DNA from: Octopus sinensis
Taxonomy: Eukaryota
DNA length: 64,000 nucleotides
NCBI RefSeq assembly: GCF_006345805.1
Contig: NC_042998.1
Span: 197,594,001-197,658,000 of the forward strand
Direction: 5' to 3'
Shown here: piece after piece, positions 1 to 13,778 of the stretch
How the letters are laid out: every line of letters begins with the position of its first letter
Numbering within the stretch: position 1 is the stretch's first letter
Translations under genes and position numbers: made by a program
The notes under the pieces: generated by a model
The model's database searches: none
What the model was told of the DNA's origin: nothing
The model's input: the letters and a program-made list of their open reading frames with translations, nothing else

Positions 1-66
1 GAATATTTTCTTCAGGGGATTCAAGAGAAGGAACTCCATCTGGAATATTCCCTTCTGGCATCAGAC
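1..66 (-). CDS. AK5: AK5-like adenylate kinase, probable exon 3 (runs off the left edge)
   Basis: Minus-strand polypyrimidine acceptor tttttgtttctttactccctctgtaag|GT. Phase 1 matches the end of exon 2. Open frame (G)LMPEGNIPDGVPSLESPEENI to the window edge, resembling VMPENSNFP at the start of the equivalent human AK5 segment (recalled). Confidence 0.6.
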
Positions 67-2023
67 CTTACAGAGGGAGTAAAGAAACAAAAATGTGGGT
101 CAAGACAACTGTTAATTACACACACACACACTCACATAGACATATGAATATCCATTCACTTATTTTACTCTTTGTCTAGTTTCAGTCACCGGACTATGGC
201 TATATTGGGGAACCACATTCAAAAAGTGAGTGAAAGGTAGAAGAAATCCAACTATACATCTAACTGGTTGGGCTTGGTGCCTTTATTTCATATGGATGGA
301 AGCACTCCGTCGGTTACAACGATGAGGGTTCCGGTTGATCCGAATCAACGGAACAGCCTGCTCGTGAAATTAACGTGTAAGTGGCTGAGCACTCCACAGA
401 CACGTGTACCCTTAACGTAGTTCTCGAGGAGATTCAGCGTGACACAGAGAGTGACAAGGCTGGCCCTTTGAAATACAGGTACAACAGAAACAGGAAGTAA
501 GAGTGAGAGAAAGTTGTGGTGAAAGAGTACAGCAGGGATCACCACCATCCCCTGCCGGAGCCTCGTGGAGCTTTAGGTGTTTTCGCTCAAGAAACACTCA
601 CAACGCCCGGTCTGGGAATCGAAACTGTGATCCTACGACCGCGAGTCCGCTGCCCTAACGACTGGGCCATTGCGCCTCCTATTTCATATATACAAAAGTA
701 TACATATAGTCATAAACACACACACACACACACATACTAAAAATATATGCAGTACCAAACAGACTGATTGTTCAATAATATGTTCAAGCATTCTATGTAT
801 ATCATCTCATCTAGGTCATCTCATAGGATGCCCTAAGATTGTTTCCACGGGTTTTCCCCTTTCATCTTGATCTTCCACAATGGTCCTCAGCTCCTGTACT
901 CCTTCCATACCAGTATCCTCCAGCAAGTTGTCAATATCGGTCATCTTCCGCAAGATATATACCCACGCCCCCGACCCCATCAGTGTTCCCTGCACAGAAA
1001 ATCTTGTACCTGTGTTCTTTGCCTGTGAGGAACCTAGCGGAACCTCCTCTCCATCTTACTTCTTGGATGCAGCACATATCGTGTCGATGTCTATATGCGA
1101 TTATATTTCACTTAGGCATTGACTTCTACATGAATAGAACTCAGTATACTCGATATATGTATGCCTCTGAACGAAGCATTATTTGACTACAGAAGGGTAA
1201 TAAGGAAAGAGATGACAAAAGCATAAACGATTATCTTATGAACACCTATTCCCACTATAAGACATGTGGTGGACTATGAATGCAGCACATCTTGATGATA
1301 ATCTCATGGATAATTGTTTATTTCTTTGTCAGCCTTTTCCTTGTGTAATTATATGTCTGCAATTGTATGTTCATGACACATCATCATCATCATCATCATC
1401 ATCGTCATCATTTAACATCCTCCTTCCATGCTGGTATGGTTTGGATGGTTTGGCAGGAGCTGGCCATCCAGTAGCCTGCACCATACTTCTGTGTCTGTTT
1501 TGGCATGGATTTTTATGGCTGGGTACCCTTCCTACTCCACAATGTAGGCTGAGTGCTTTTTAAAGGGCATCAGCACAGACGAGGTAAGTTTTGGCCTGGT
1601 TTTTACAGCTGGATGCCATTCTTAATGCCAACCCCTTTATAGCGTGAACCAGATGCTTTTTAAGTGGCCCTTGCACTGGCAGGGTCACCAAGTAATTTTG
1701 CAAGACAAGGAATATTTAAGAAGGTTGAGGACACTGAAGGAGGTGATCTTGTGCTAAATGATGAAGGTTATGGTGTGGTGTGACAGAGAGGCAGAAACAG
1801 GGGTCTTGCTGTTTAATGGGTATAATAATGGAAAATTTTCTATTTTCGCATGATTCCAATATCAACTTTTTATTGAATATTCTAGAAAGAAATGCAATTC
1901 ACTCTATATGAAAAAACAAACCCTTAAATTTTAAGTCAGTTTGATAAGTGCCATGTATGAAACTCTAGGTCCTGGTATCACTTCTGTAACTTTCTGCCTT
2001 ATAAAAAAATAAAAATGTGTGTA

Positions 2024-2326
2024 TACCTACCTACTTACCTACCTAGCTACCTACCTAGCTACCTACCTAGCTACCTACCTACCTACCTACCTACCTACCT
2101 ACCTACCTACCTACCTACCTACCTACCTACATACCTACCTACCTACCTACCTACCTACCTACCTACCTGTCTACCTACCTACATGCCTACCTACCCTCCT
2201 ACCTACCTACCTACCTACCTACCTACCTACCTGCCTGCCTGCCTACCTACCTACCTACCTACCTACCTACCTATCTACCTACCTGCCTACTACCTACCAG
2301 CCAGCCAGCCAGCCAACCAACCAACC
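2024..2326. repeat. (CTAC)n tetranucleotide microsatellite
   Basis: Direct reading; explains the YLPT ORFs. Confidence 0.97.
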
Positions 2327-4199
2327 AAGATAAATACAAATATGTCAAATAAAATACAACATAGATTATTCAATTATTAGACTATGGACACATAAAACTT
2401 GCAGTGGAATCACAGGAAGTAGTTTGTCTGTGACAGGTGTGCAGGAGCAATAAATAATGTGAGCACATGAGAAATAAATGTTCTGAAATGTCTAGGAGGA
2501 ATCCTAGAAGTAGAAAATAGTTTCTTTTATGTAGGTAACCTAATTAGTATTGGGGGAGGATGAGCAGAAAATATAGTTGTTAGAATAAGAACTCATCATC
2601 ATCATCATCAATGTTTAATATCCGCTTTCCATGCTAGCAGGGGTTGGACGATTTTGACTGAGGGCTGGCGAACCAGATGGCTGCACCAGGCTCCAATCTT
2701 GATCTGGCAGAGTTTCTACAGCTGGATGCCATTCCTAACGCCAACCACTCCCAGAGTGTAGTGGATGCTTTTTGCGTGCCACCGGCATGGGGGCCAGTCA
2801 GGTGGTACTGGCAATGACCTCGCTCGAATCTTTTTACACGTGCCACCTGCACAGGTGCCAGTAAGGCGACGTTAGTAACAATCACGCTCGAATGGTTGGA
2901 GAAAATTCAGCTAAGTTTTTCCTCTGTTGGTAACAAAAGGCCTCTTTCTCAGAGTGAAAGAAGGCAGATAGTTTGCTGCCTGTGTATGAAGAGCAATGAT
3001 TACATAGCTGTGAAACTTCTGTTTTGAATGCAGAGGACAGGCAAAGACTGGAAAGAAATGAAACTAGGATGTTCCAATGGATGTGATGTGCATGTACAAC
3101 AAAGTAATATTGCAGAGAGAAAAACTAGGCATAAGAGGTATCGAATGTGGTGTGCAAGAGATGATTGCCCTGGTATGGTCATGTGATGTGTATGGGTGAA
3201 GACATCTGTGTAGTCGATTGCTGAATATGAAAGGTGCCTGTAGAAGAAGAAGACCCAGGAAGATTTGGGATGAAGTGGTGAAGACCATCCTGAAGATGAT
3301 GAAGAACTAAGATGAATGGCAAAATGTGATGCTTGAGAAGACCTGTCCATTTCAGCAGAACTGAGGTTCTGTCAAATCTTCCCCAACAACGCATCTTTTA
3401 ACACCTGTTCTGCCAACAATCGTCTACATTACCCTATTTCCTTCCTTCACTCCTCTGCTAAACTGAGATATCCAACTCATTCCCGATCTCTGACCATCTG
3501 CCACACTATTTCTACTCAGTGCGTTTACCTACATATCCATCGTTTCTGCTCCTCTATCCTATTCTGTCTCTCATATTCACCTTGTACATTTGACCTCAAA
3601 TCTTACTCTTTCTCTCTCTCTCTCTCTCCAGCAAGATACTTGCTCTTGTCTCTCTATCCTAGTTTCTTGTCCCTCTATTTTTTACCCATCTCAGTTGAGG
3701 AGTCTTGTTTTGGTGACCTCACTGGTGCTAGAAACACGAGAAAAGGCCCAGTACACACTGTGAAGCAGTTAGTGATATGAAGGGCATCCTGCTGTAAAAA
3801 CCATGTCAATGCAGACATAGAATCTGGCGTGGCCCCCTGACTCTACTATTCTTGTCAAACCATTCAACTGGACGATGAGGATTAAGATTAATTCTACCTC
3901 TACAGGGTGTGTCATGAGAAGAAATAATCCCAAGAATGAAGCATTCTTTAAAATTGACATGTCATTAAAAAAGATAGGATTTTTGCCTGGAGATAAGAGG
4001 TCTGTCAAGACTGAAGACAAATGTAATTCTTCACCCCTGGGAAGCAGGAATCTGTTATGGTCATTTGGTTAGTAAGTCACCAAAGAATAAATACTTTGGG
4101 GTATTTATTCTGTGGTTATTCAACGGCTAGTTTATAAATCCAATAATAATAGTGTGCTTTGCTGGATGTGCAATGTCAGTGTGTATGTTCAACAAAGTG

Positions 4200-4460
4200 T
4201 AAGCATCTTGAAAGAAAAGTTAGACATTAGAGACATCAGATGCAGTGTGCAAGAGAGACGATTGTGCTGATATGGTCATGTCATGTGTATGTATGAGGAC
4301 AGTTGTGTAAAGAAGTGTCAATCTCTAACTGTGGAGGGAACCTGTGGTAGAGGTAGACCCAGGAAGACATGGAATGAGGTGGTGAAGTATGATCTTTGAA
4401 CTTTGAGCCTCGTAGAGGCAATGACTAGTGACCTTTGGCGATGTGCTGTGCTTGGGAGGA
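4200..4460 (+). mobile_element. RTE-type LINE 3' fragment
   Basis: RRLC-YGHV...VEGTCGRGRPRKTWNEVVKYDL. Similar fragments at about 3090-3360 (+), 7080-7400 (-) and 11150-11420 (-). Confidence 0.7.
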
Positions 4461-4832
4461 CCCATCAAGCCAAGTACACCTCTACTGGTGGCATGTAAAG
4501 AACACCTTTCAAGTGTTGGGCTTCATGGAAGCAATGACCAAGACCTTTGGCATTATATTGTACTTGATAAGAAGACCCAGTAGTGGAAGATACCGGTGTC
4601 ACAAGAATTGGCACTCCTGTGAGTGACATGTAAAAGTACCCCAGTGTCACACAAATGGCACCTGTACTGGTGGCACTTAAAAACACCCATTACGCTCTTG
4701 GAGTGTTTGGCATTAGGAAGGGTATCCAGCCATAGAAACCATGCCAAATCAGACTGGAGTCTGGTGCGGCCTTCCAGCGTCCCAGCCTGGTCAACCCATC
4801 CAACACAAGCCAGCAAGGACAATGGACGTTAA

Positions 4833-4864
<32 letters not shown>

Positions 4865-5926
4865 ATATAAATAGTAAAGTTTATTTGCCAGCATAAGGTG
4901 GCTGTTCTATCCAGAACTACCTGCTGGCTATCCAGTACCAATGATGGGAAAAGACCTAGAAACCATGGTCGACTGGTCCTGCTAAAGCTAGAGGGGAGTA
5001 GTTCATTCCCTTGCTCACAATATATCAGACACAGGTTGTGTGTTGATAACCAGCTGGGAAAGATGTTTTCCTGGGGTTAAAAGCTAGTAACATAGTCCTG
5101 GATAGAACAGCCACCTTATGTTGGATGCTGGCAAACAAACTTTACTGTTTAGCATTGTTACTACTCATATCTCATTTAGAAATTTTAAACTAGCCATTTT
5201 GCTTTCATCATCATTTAACGTCCGCTTTCCATGCTGGCATGGGTTGGACGATTTGACTGAGGACTGGCGAACCAGATGGCTGCAACATGCTCCAATCTGA
5301 TCTGGCAGAGTTTCTACAGCTGGATGCCCTTCCTAATGCCAACCACTCTGAGAGTGTAGTGGGTGCTTTTACATGCCACCGGCACGAGAGCCAGTCTGGC
5401 AGTACTGGCAATGGCCATGCTCAAATAGTGCTTTCTATGTGCCACTTACACAGGAGTCAGTCCAGCGGCACTGCCAACGACCTCGCTCTATGTTTTGTTC
5501 ACGTGCCAGTAAGGCAACGCAGGTAATGATCATGCTCAAATGGTGCCTTTTACGTGCCACTAGCACGGAGGTCAAACAGTTGCTCTGGCAGTGATCCTGC
5601 TTGGATGGGGCTGTTAGCGCTCCACTGGCACAGGTGCCAGTCATCGAATTTGGTTCAATTTCGATTTCACTTGCTTTATATATATATATATATATTTAAA
5701 AATAGGAGATGTGGAACACGAGTTGTGATATATAAAAAAAGGAAATGAAGAAAATGCTGACAAAATAATTTAAGTAAGGGAGAGTGTATTTAATTAGGTG
5801 AAAGTTCTTTTTACCGGTTGCGCATTTGTTATGCTTATCAAAAGATATTTTTTAAAGAGAGATAGAGTTCCTTTCTGATAGATTTTTTTTCTCTTATATA
5901 TATATTAGTAAATAGCAAACACTTAC

Positions 5927-6125
5927 CTGGGATTTCCATAAATGTCATATTAGACTTTATTTCTCGAGGCAACTCTTCCGGTATCGGAGAAACTCGAGGT
6001 TTGCCATCAAAAAAGTCCTTCCATGTTATTGATTGTATATCCTGGTTTCGGATATTCTGTAGACTTTCAATGAGGTAGGTAACAGGTGATGAAGGTTTGG
6101 ATAATATTAACCCAAACATTAGTCC
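5927..6125 (-). CDS. AK5: AK5-like adenylate kinase exon 2 (RIIa/Dpy-30-like docking domain)
   Basis: Acceptor ttgttacttag|GGA and donor CCAG|gtaagt; 199 nt, phase 0 to 1. GLMFGLILSKPSSPVTYLIESLQNIRNQDIQSITWKDFF aligns with human AK5 SLLNGLMCSKPEDPVEYLESCLQKVKELGGCDKVKWDTFV (recalled). Confidence 0.85.
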
Positions 6126-9100
6126 CTAAGTAACAAACCAAAATATACATTTTGTTTAAACCAATATAACTGTGATAATCAATGTAAAACAGAGGTTTTA
6201 GGAAAAAAAATTATCAGATGATTGTCGTACAAACACCATATTAAGATATGGAAATGGAATTCTTTAGAACACATTTTGTTATCTTTGCAAAGTTTCATCT
6301 CCAATTAAAACATCTCAAACACGTAAAAAGCACCCACTACACTCACGAAGTGGTTGGCGTTAGGAAGGGCATCCAACTGTAGAAACACTGCCAGATCAGA
6401 CTGGGGCTGGTGCAGCCTCCTGGCTTCCCAGATCCCCGGTCGAACCGTCCAACCCATGCTAGCATGGAGAACGGACGTTAAACGGTGATGATGATGATGA
6501 AACTCATCACCTCCTCTCTTCTATTATTGTGAGTGGAATTGGTTGGCAGCAAATAAAACTTCCTGTGAAGTTTGGCAGCCTCAGCTTCTACTTAGCATCT
6601 CATCATCATCATCGTTTAACGTCCGTTTTCCATGCTAGCAAGGGTTGGATGGTTTGACTGAGAACTGGCGAACCAGATGGCTGCACCAGACTCCAAATCT
6701 GATCTGGTAGAGTTTCTACAGCTGAATGCCCTTCCTAATGCAAACCATTCCGAGAGTGTAGTGGGTGCTTTTACGTGCCACTGGCATGAGGGCCAGTCAG
6801 GTGGTACTGGCAACAGCCACGCTCAAATGGTGCTTTTTATGTGCCTCCTGCACAGGAGCCAGTCCAGCGGCACTGGCAACGACTTCGCTTGAATGTTTTT
6901 TCATGTGCCACCAGCACAAGTGCCAGTAAGGCGACGCAGGTAACGATCACGCTCGAATGGTGTTTTTTATGTGCCACGGCATAGAGGCCAGCTTGTTGCT
7001 CTGGTAACGATCACGCTCGTATGGTACTCTTAGCGCTCTACAAGCAACAGATGCCAGTCATCGAATCTGATTTCGATTTCACTTGCCTCAACAGATCTTC
7101 GCAAGCAGAGTTTAGTGTCCAATGAAGGAGAGGTACACATAAGTGGACTGGTTATACCCCTGGCATAAGCCACAAGGTTATGGTCTCACTTGAGTTTGCT
7201 GAGTCTTCTCAAGCACAGCATATTTCCAAAGGTCCCGGTCACTAGTCATTGCCTCAGTGAAGCCCAATGTTTGAAGGTCATGCTTCACTACCTCATCTCA
7301 GGTCTTCCTGGGTCTACCTCTTCCACAGATTCCCTCAACCACTAGGGTGTGGCACATTTTCACACATCCATTCTCGCCACATGGCCCATACCAGCACATG
7401 GAATAACTGATTGCCCATCTTTCATGCAACATCTGTGGCTGAACACTGTAGTATTGTAAAGCATTTAAACAAAACACAGTAAACATACTTGTAATGTATT
7501 GATTGAACAAGCTATCCAGAATTCATTACATATGTAACGAGCGTGATCGTTACCAACGTCGCCTTACTGGCACCTGTGCCGGTGGCATGTGTAAAAAGAT
7601 TCGAGCGAGGTCATTGCCAGTACCACCTGACTGGCCCCCGTGCCATGGCACGTAAAAGGGCACCATTCAAGCGTGATCATTACCAATGTCGCCTTACTGG
7701 CACCTGTGCCGGTGGCATGTGTAAAAAGATTCGAGCGAGGTCATTGCCAGTACAGCCTGACTGGCCCCCGTGCTGATGGCACATAAAAAGCACCCACTAC
7801 ACTCTCGGAGTGGTTGGCATTAGGAAGGGCATCCAGCTGTAGAACCTCTGCCAGATCAAGATTGGAGCCTGGTGCAGCCATCTGGTTTGCCAGACCTCAG
7901 TCAAATCGTCCAACCCATGCTAGCACGGAATGCGGACGTTAAGCAATGATGATGATGATGATGATGTAAACTTCTCAGTCCATTTTACTTAAACCTCTTG
8001 TAATAGTGGGTCTATAAGCAGTATCTTCATGGATAGTTAAAGAGGGAACTCAGTCATCAAACAGGATGGGAGCTAGTCTGGTTGATCCTTCTTTTTCTAT
8101 CCACAAAGGTATGGTGTTTGTCTACACATAGTGTTGCAGGTCATTAGGTCATTTGCATCACAAAACTCTGTAAAGTGATTGGCGTTAGGAAGGGTGTCAA
8201 GACGTAGAAAGCATGCCAATGCAGACAGCATCGGCATGCTTTCTTATTTAATCGGGGTCAATTAAATAAGTACCAGTTATGCACTGGGGTCGTTGCAATC
8301 GATTTAATTTCTTTGTCTGTCCTTGTTTGTCCCCTCTATATTTAGCCTCTTGTGGGCAATAAAGAAATAAGAAATATTTAGATTCTGCTCTCATGAATGG
8401 AAAGTTGTTTTTAGTACCATTGCCGTTCTTCTTGAACTAAGGAGTTATATAAATGTCCACACTGCTTATACCCTTCAGCCATGGCTAATATTGATCCATA
8501 GGAGGCAACACTTTTTTACCCCCACTTCCCTCGAATATGCTATGACTTTTCACCCCATTTCACTCTGCTTCTTTCTACCTGCACTGAACCAGCGAAGACT
8601 ATGCATGCATTCAGCATAAAAAAGACTATGTGCTTCTGGCCAGCATGTCTGAGGAGTTATTGATATTGCCAAGGGCAGTAGTTGGCCTGAAACTGTAGAT
8701 TAACATTCTGACCAGTTATATGCCATAACCAATAATAGGCTGTTTGACAACGCACACATATACACATCGTTGTGTATCTTCACTCTCTTTACTCTTTTAC
8801 TTGTTTCAGTCATTTGACTGTAGCCATGCTGGAGCACCGCCTTTAATCGAGCAACTCGACCCCGGGACTTATTCTTTGTAAGACCAGTACTTATTCTATT
8901 GGTCTCTTTTGCCGAACCACTAAGTAACGGGGACGTAAACACACCAGCATCGATTGTCAAGCAATGCTAGGGGGACAAACACAGACACACATATATATAT
9001 ATATACATATATACGACAGGCTTCTTTCAGTTTCCGTCTACCAAATCCACTCACAAGGCATTGGTCGGCCCGGGGCTATAGCAGAAGACACTTGCCCAAG

Positions 9101-9403
9101 GTGCCACGCAGTGGGACTGAACCCGGAACCATGTGGTTGGTTAGCAAGCTACTTACCACACAGCCACTCCTGCGCCTATATCTAAAAAAAAAAAAAAAAA
9201 GCTGGACACTCTAAAGCATAGAGCAGAAATGTATTTATATGTAGTTGAGTCTATGTCTGGTCATAGAGTGACCAATGGTTTTAGCATCCACAAAGGGCTT
9301 AGCTCCAGAGATGGTTCATCAGACCTTAAAACTTTAGAGTCCGACAAGCCATCCATGGGGCTAAACCGTTTGTGGATGCGAAATGACTGGTCACTCTATG
9401 ACC

Positions 9404-9439
<36 letters not shown>

Positions 9440-9532
9440 TGAAAAAGTAGGGCAGAGATAGGAACTAGGTTTTGAGTGGTTGCCTTGTTAAGTTGGTTGG
9501 ATCACAAAAGCTTTTGTGATTGGTAATCGTCA

Positions 9533-9763
9533 GGCGGCGAGCTGGCAGAACCGTTTGCACGCCGGGCGAAATGCGTAGCCGTATTTCGTCTGTCGTTACG
9601 CTGTGAGTTCAAATTCCGCCGAGGTCGACTTTGCCTTTCATCCTTTCGGGGTCGATAAATTAAGTACCAGTTACGCACTGGGGTCGATGTAATCGACTTA
9701 ATACCTATGTCTGTCCTTGTTTGTCCCCTCTGTGTTTAGCCCCTTGTGGGTAATAAAGAAATA
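9533..9763 (+). mobile_element. tRNA-derived SINE family B (Nin/Deu-like central domain)
   Basis: ggcggcgagctggcagaa...gagttcaaattcc...gcctttcatcctttcggggtcgataaattaagtaccag...gtgggtaataaagaaatag. More than 10 copies, e.g. 28040-28231, 35160-36030, 43575-43975, 46540-46840, 52777-53006, 57270-57470. Confidence 0.88.
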
Positions 9764-9900
9764 GGTAATCGTCTCTTCATGATGATGACGACGATGATAA
9801 TGGCGACGACGACGACCAGGGCGACGTTGATGAAGATAATGAGTATTTATTCGGCTAACATGATACGTGATTACCACAACTTACGAATTTCTCCCCTTAC

Positions 9901-9960
9901 CTTGAATAACTCATGGATATTATATTTTGATAAATAGTCTTTAAACTCAGAGGCTTCCAT
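9901..9960 (-). CDS. AK5: AK5-like adenylate kinase exon 1
   Basis: ATG at 9960, 60 nt, donor AAG|gtaagg. MEASEFKDYLSKYNIHELFK matches human AK5 MNTNDAKEYLARREIPQLFE (recalled) and splices in frame to exon 2. The kinase domains are outside the window, so the AK5 name rests on the N-terminus only. Confidence 0.85.
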
Positions 9961-10331
9961 TCTAGCTGTTAGTATCTACTTTTCAAACGATAATGCTCAG
10001 AAGCAAAAATAAATGTATTCATTTAGAATACGTCGAAAGAATTCAATTTTTCAATTTCATTAAAAATAATAAACAAAACGAAATAGCGTTACGTCGCTAT
10101 TAGCAACATTTCAGTGACTGCTGAGAGTGTGACTTCCGGTTTGAAAACTACTATTGTGCTAAAATTAAAAAAAAATGACTTACTGTTTTTGCTCAACATA
10201 TATATAAAAAATATTATTTTAATATTAGAGTATCATATTTTTAATTATTACAGTCATATATGAAGAATAAAAGAATATATTTATTTATTGAGAGTAACGG
10301 TCCGGAAGTAGTTTTCCGTTTTTCCGCAAAC
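9961..10331. promoter_or_regulatory. Bidirectional promoter / 5' UTR region shared by AK5-like and PIGK
   Basis: 371 bp between divergent ATGs. Contains two oppositely oriented ETS-type motifs (ACTTCCGG 10132-10139, CCGGAAGT 10302-10309) and an RFX X-box-like GTCGCT-ATT-AGCAAC (10093-10107). This interval contains no SINE. Confidence 0.7.
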
Positions 10332-10427
10332 ATGGTGTCTATGTTGTCGTCTGTCATGGCTTTTGTCGGCAGTTTGGTGTTGTTCTTGTTGCTGTCGTCA
10401 TTCCACGGTGTCTGTGAAGCGAACGAG
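10332..10427 (+). CDS. PIGK: GPI-anchor transamidase PIGK exon 1 (signal peptide)
   Basis: caaacATG start; MVSMLSSVMAFVGSLVLFLLLSSFHGVCEANE is a hydrophobic signal peptide; donor GAG|gtaaat; 96 nt, in frame with exon 2. Confidence 0.9.
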
Positions 10428-13400
10428 GTAAATATATGCATATATAAATATGGCCAATATGGCGATCTTTCGTCTCTAGTAGACCTTTCCGTAAAAAACT
10501 TCTTTTTTTTTTACATATGGGCTTGCGGGAACTTTTGAAGTAATGAGAGCGAAAGAGACTAAGAGAAAGCGATTGTATGACGAGGGAAGTTCTTTTGAAG
10601 TTACCGTGCATGGGAAGCATTGGTGTACATGTGTGTGTGTGTGTTTGATGGGGTGTGGGAGACAGACAGTATGTTGTGTAAGTGAAGTGCTTCTGTTAGT
10701 GTGTGTGAAGAGACAGAGTAATGTGTGAAAGAAAGAGATAACTGAAATTTTTTACTCGGTGTATGTGTATATGTATGTATATTACTTCAAAAGTTCCCGC
10801 AAGCCCATATGTAAAAAACAAAAAAAAAATTTTACGGAAATCGACGGAAAGGTGTACTAGAGACGAAAGATCGCCATATATATATATATATATATATATA
10901 GAACTACTTTTAGCTTGGCGTTTTGGTTATTTCCGCGAATATTAACGAAAGTGCTTAACAATCGATTTACGGAAACGTATTCCTCTTGTAAGTTGTTATT
11001 TAAGCGTCAGGTCAGTCCTGGTCAAGCTGACCTATGGATGAAAAGTGCTCCAGCCGGCTTGAGACATGCATGTTTCTAGGTCAAGATTATCCGCTGTGTT
11101 CTTTTTCTCTAAGGAAATTATAACGACTATATAATGAATTATATATGAATGAAGGGTATTCATAACTGGGCTGATTACACTCACTGGCATGGGCCATGGG
11201 CTATGGTCTCACTTGGCTTGTCGGGTCTTCTCATCACAGCATATCTCCAATGGTCCCGGTCACTAGTCATTGCCTTGGTAAGGCCCAATGTTCAAAGGTC
11301 GTGGTTCACCACCTCCTCCCAGGTTTTCCTGGGTCTACCTCTTCCACAGGTTCCCTCAACTGCTAAAGTGTGACACTTTTTCACACAGCTGTCCTCATTC
11401 ATTCGCAATACATCACCATAGTACAATATAATGTTATATAGTTTATATGCAAAACATATGGCATACGGTTTATATGTGTACATGTACACATATTTCTCTT
11501 TTACTCTTTTCTCTTTTACTTGTTTCAGTCATTTGACTGCGGCCATGCTGGAGCACTGCCTTTAGTCGAGTAAATCGACCCCGAGACTTATTCTTTGTAA
11601 GCCCAGTACTTATTCTATCGGTCTCTTTTTTGCCGAACCGCTAAGTGACGGGGATGTAAACACACCAGCATCGGTTGTCAAGCGATGCTAGGGGGACAAA
11701 CACAGACACACAAACACACATATATATATATATACATATATACGACAGGCTTCTTTCAGTTTCCGTCTACCAAATCCACTCACAAGGCATTGGTCGGCCC
11801 GGGGCTATAGCAGAAGACACTTGCCCAAGATGCCACGCAGTGGGACTAAACCCGGAACCATGTGGTTGGTTAGCAAGCTACTTACCACACAGCCACTCCT
11901 GCGCCTATATATATATATATATATATAATAATAATAAATATTAGGGAATAAATCCAAATTTACAGGGAAAAATCAGATTTAGGATTAAATCGATTTTATA
12001 GTAAAATATTTTTGACTATTTATTAAAATTTTATGTATTGATTAAGTCTTTCCTTGTTTGTTTTGCAAAATAGTGGTTTTGTCTCTAATAATATTTTATA
12101 TATATATATATATAAAATCACCCACTACACTCTCGGAGTGGTTGGCGTTAGGAAGGGCATCCAGCTGTAGAAACACTGCCAGATCTGACTGGACTGGTGC
12201 AGCTTTCGGGCTCCCCAGACCCCAGTTGAACCGTCCAACCCATGCTAGCATGGAAAGCGGACGTTAAATGATGATGATGATGATGATGATGATATATATA
12301 TATCATCATTGTCATCATTTAACATCTGTTTTCTATGCTGGCATGGGTTGGATTGTTTGACAGGAGCTGGCCAGTTGAAGAGCTCCCCAGGCTCCCTGTC
12401 TGTTCTGGCATGGTTTCTATGGTTGGATACCCTTCCTAACACCAACCACTTTACTGAGTGTACTGGCTGCTTCTACACAGCATCAACACTGGTGCGTTTA
12501 TGTGGTACTGATACGGGTTTTTTTTTTCATGTGGCACCTGTATTTATGAGCACGCAAGATTAGGAATGGTCAGCTGGAGAGGGACGCAGGAGACAAGCCT
12601 GTATGCAAGGACGACCATGCTTTTACTTAGCTTGATATGTCTTTTCAAGCCCAGCAAACCACTAGGAGCCTTGGTCTCTTGTCATCACCTCTGTGAGTCC
12701 CAACATCTAGATTCTTCTTTAAGTTGTTGCGGTTTTTTAGTCTTGCCAACTATACGGTAGCTTCAGTAGCACTGGTCTCACAAGAATAACACCCAGTACA
12801 CTCTGTAAAGTGAAGATGGGCATCCAGCCATAGAAACCATGTCAAAACTGAGACATTGGAACACAGTGTAGTTCTCTGACTTGTCAGATCTTGTCAAATC
12901 ATCTAAGCCATACCAGCATGGAAGGCAAATATAAAATGATGATCACACACACACACATGCATGTGTGCATGCATGCATCGCCTTACTGGCACCTGTGCCG
13001 TTGGCATGTGTAAAAAGATTCGAGCGAGGTCATTGCCAGTACCGCCTGACTGGCCCCCGTGCCGTGGCACGTAAAAGGGAACTATTCGAGCATGATCGTT
13101 ACCAATGTTGCCTTACCGGCACCTGTGCCGGTGGCATGTGTAAAAAGATTCGAGCGAGATCATTGCCAGTACCGCCTGACTGGCCCCCGTGCCGTGGCAC
13201 GTAAAAGGGCGCCATTCGAGCGTGATCGTTACTAACGTCGCCTTACTGGCACCTGTGCCGGTGGCATGTGTAAAAAGATTCAAGCGAGGTCATTGCCAGT
13301 ACCGCCTGACTGACCCTAATGCCAGTGGCACGTAAAAAGCACCCACTACACTCTCAGAGTGGTTGGTGTTAGGAAGGGTATCCAGCTGTAGAAACACTGC

Positions 13401-13778
13401 CAAATTAAGATTGGAGCCTGGTGCAGCCATCTGGTTCGCCAGCCCTCAGTCAAAATCGTCCAACCCATGCTAGCATAGAAAGCGGACGTTAAACGATGAT
13501 GATGATGATGATCTATATGTTTGTCTGTGTGTATCTGTACACATGTTAATAATTGGTTTCCTCATTCAAGATAAAGCAGTTATTTATTCAGAAAGTATAA
13601 TCCCCTGATATATACAGTTAATCATGACAAGTTTGCTGGCCATATTTAATGTATGAGGAAGTACCGATTACCTTCCTGGAGCACAAGGTCATCGTGTGAA
13701 ACAAACAGAAACCTCAGTACAAGTGAGCCTCTACACGGTCATTTGAATTACTAGAAATAGCTGCCAAATTTCCTTTAA

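Noticed and set aside
3895-4010. Possible extra AK5 exon (LTDLLSPGKNPIFF...HPVE) on the minus strand
   Set aside because: Phase 1 to 0 is incompatible with the phase-1 exon at 66, the donor is weak, and I see no similarity to AK5.
7540-7780. Regularly repeated gtgccaccggcac/ggcacgtaaaaagcacc modules as a CRISPR-like array
   Set aside because: These are internal tandem modules of the eukaryotic family-D retroposon, without unique spacers or cas genes.
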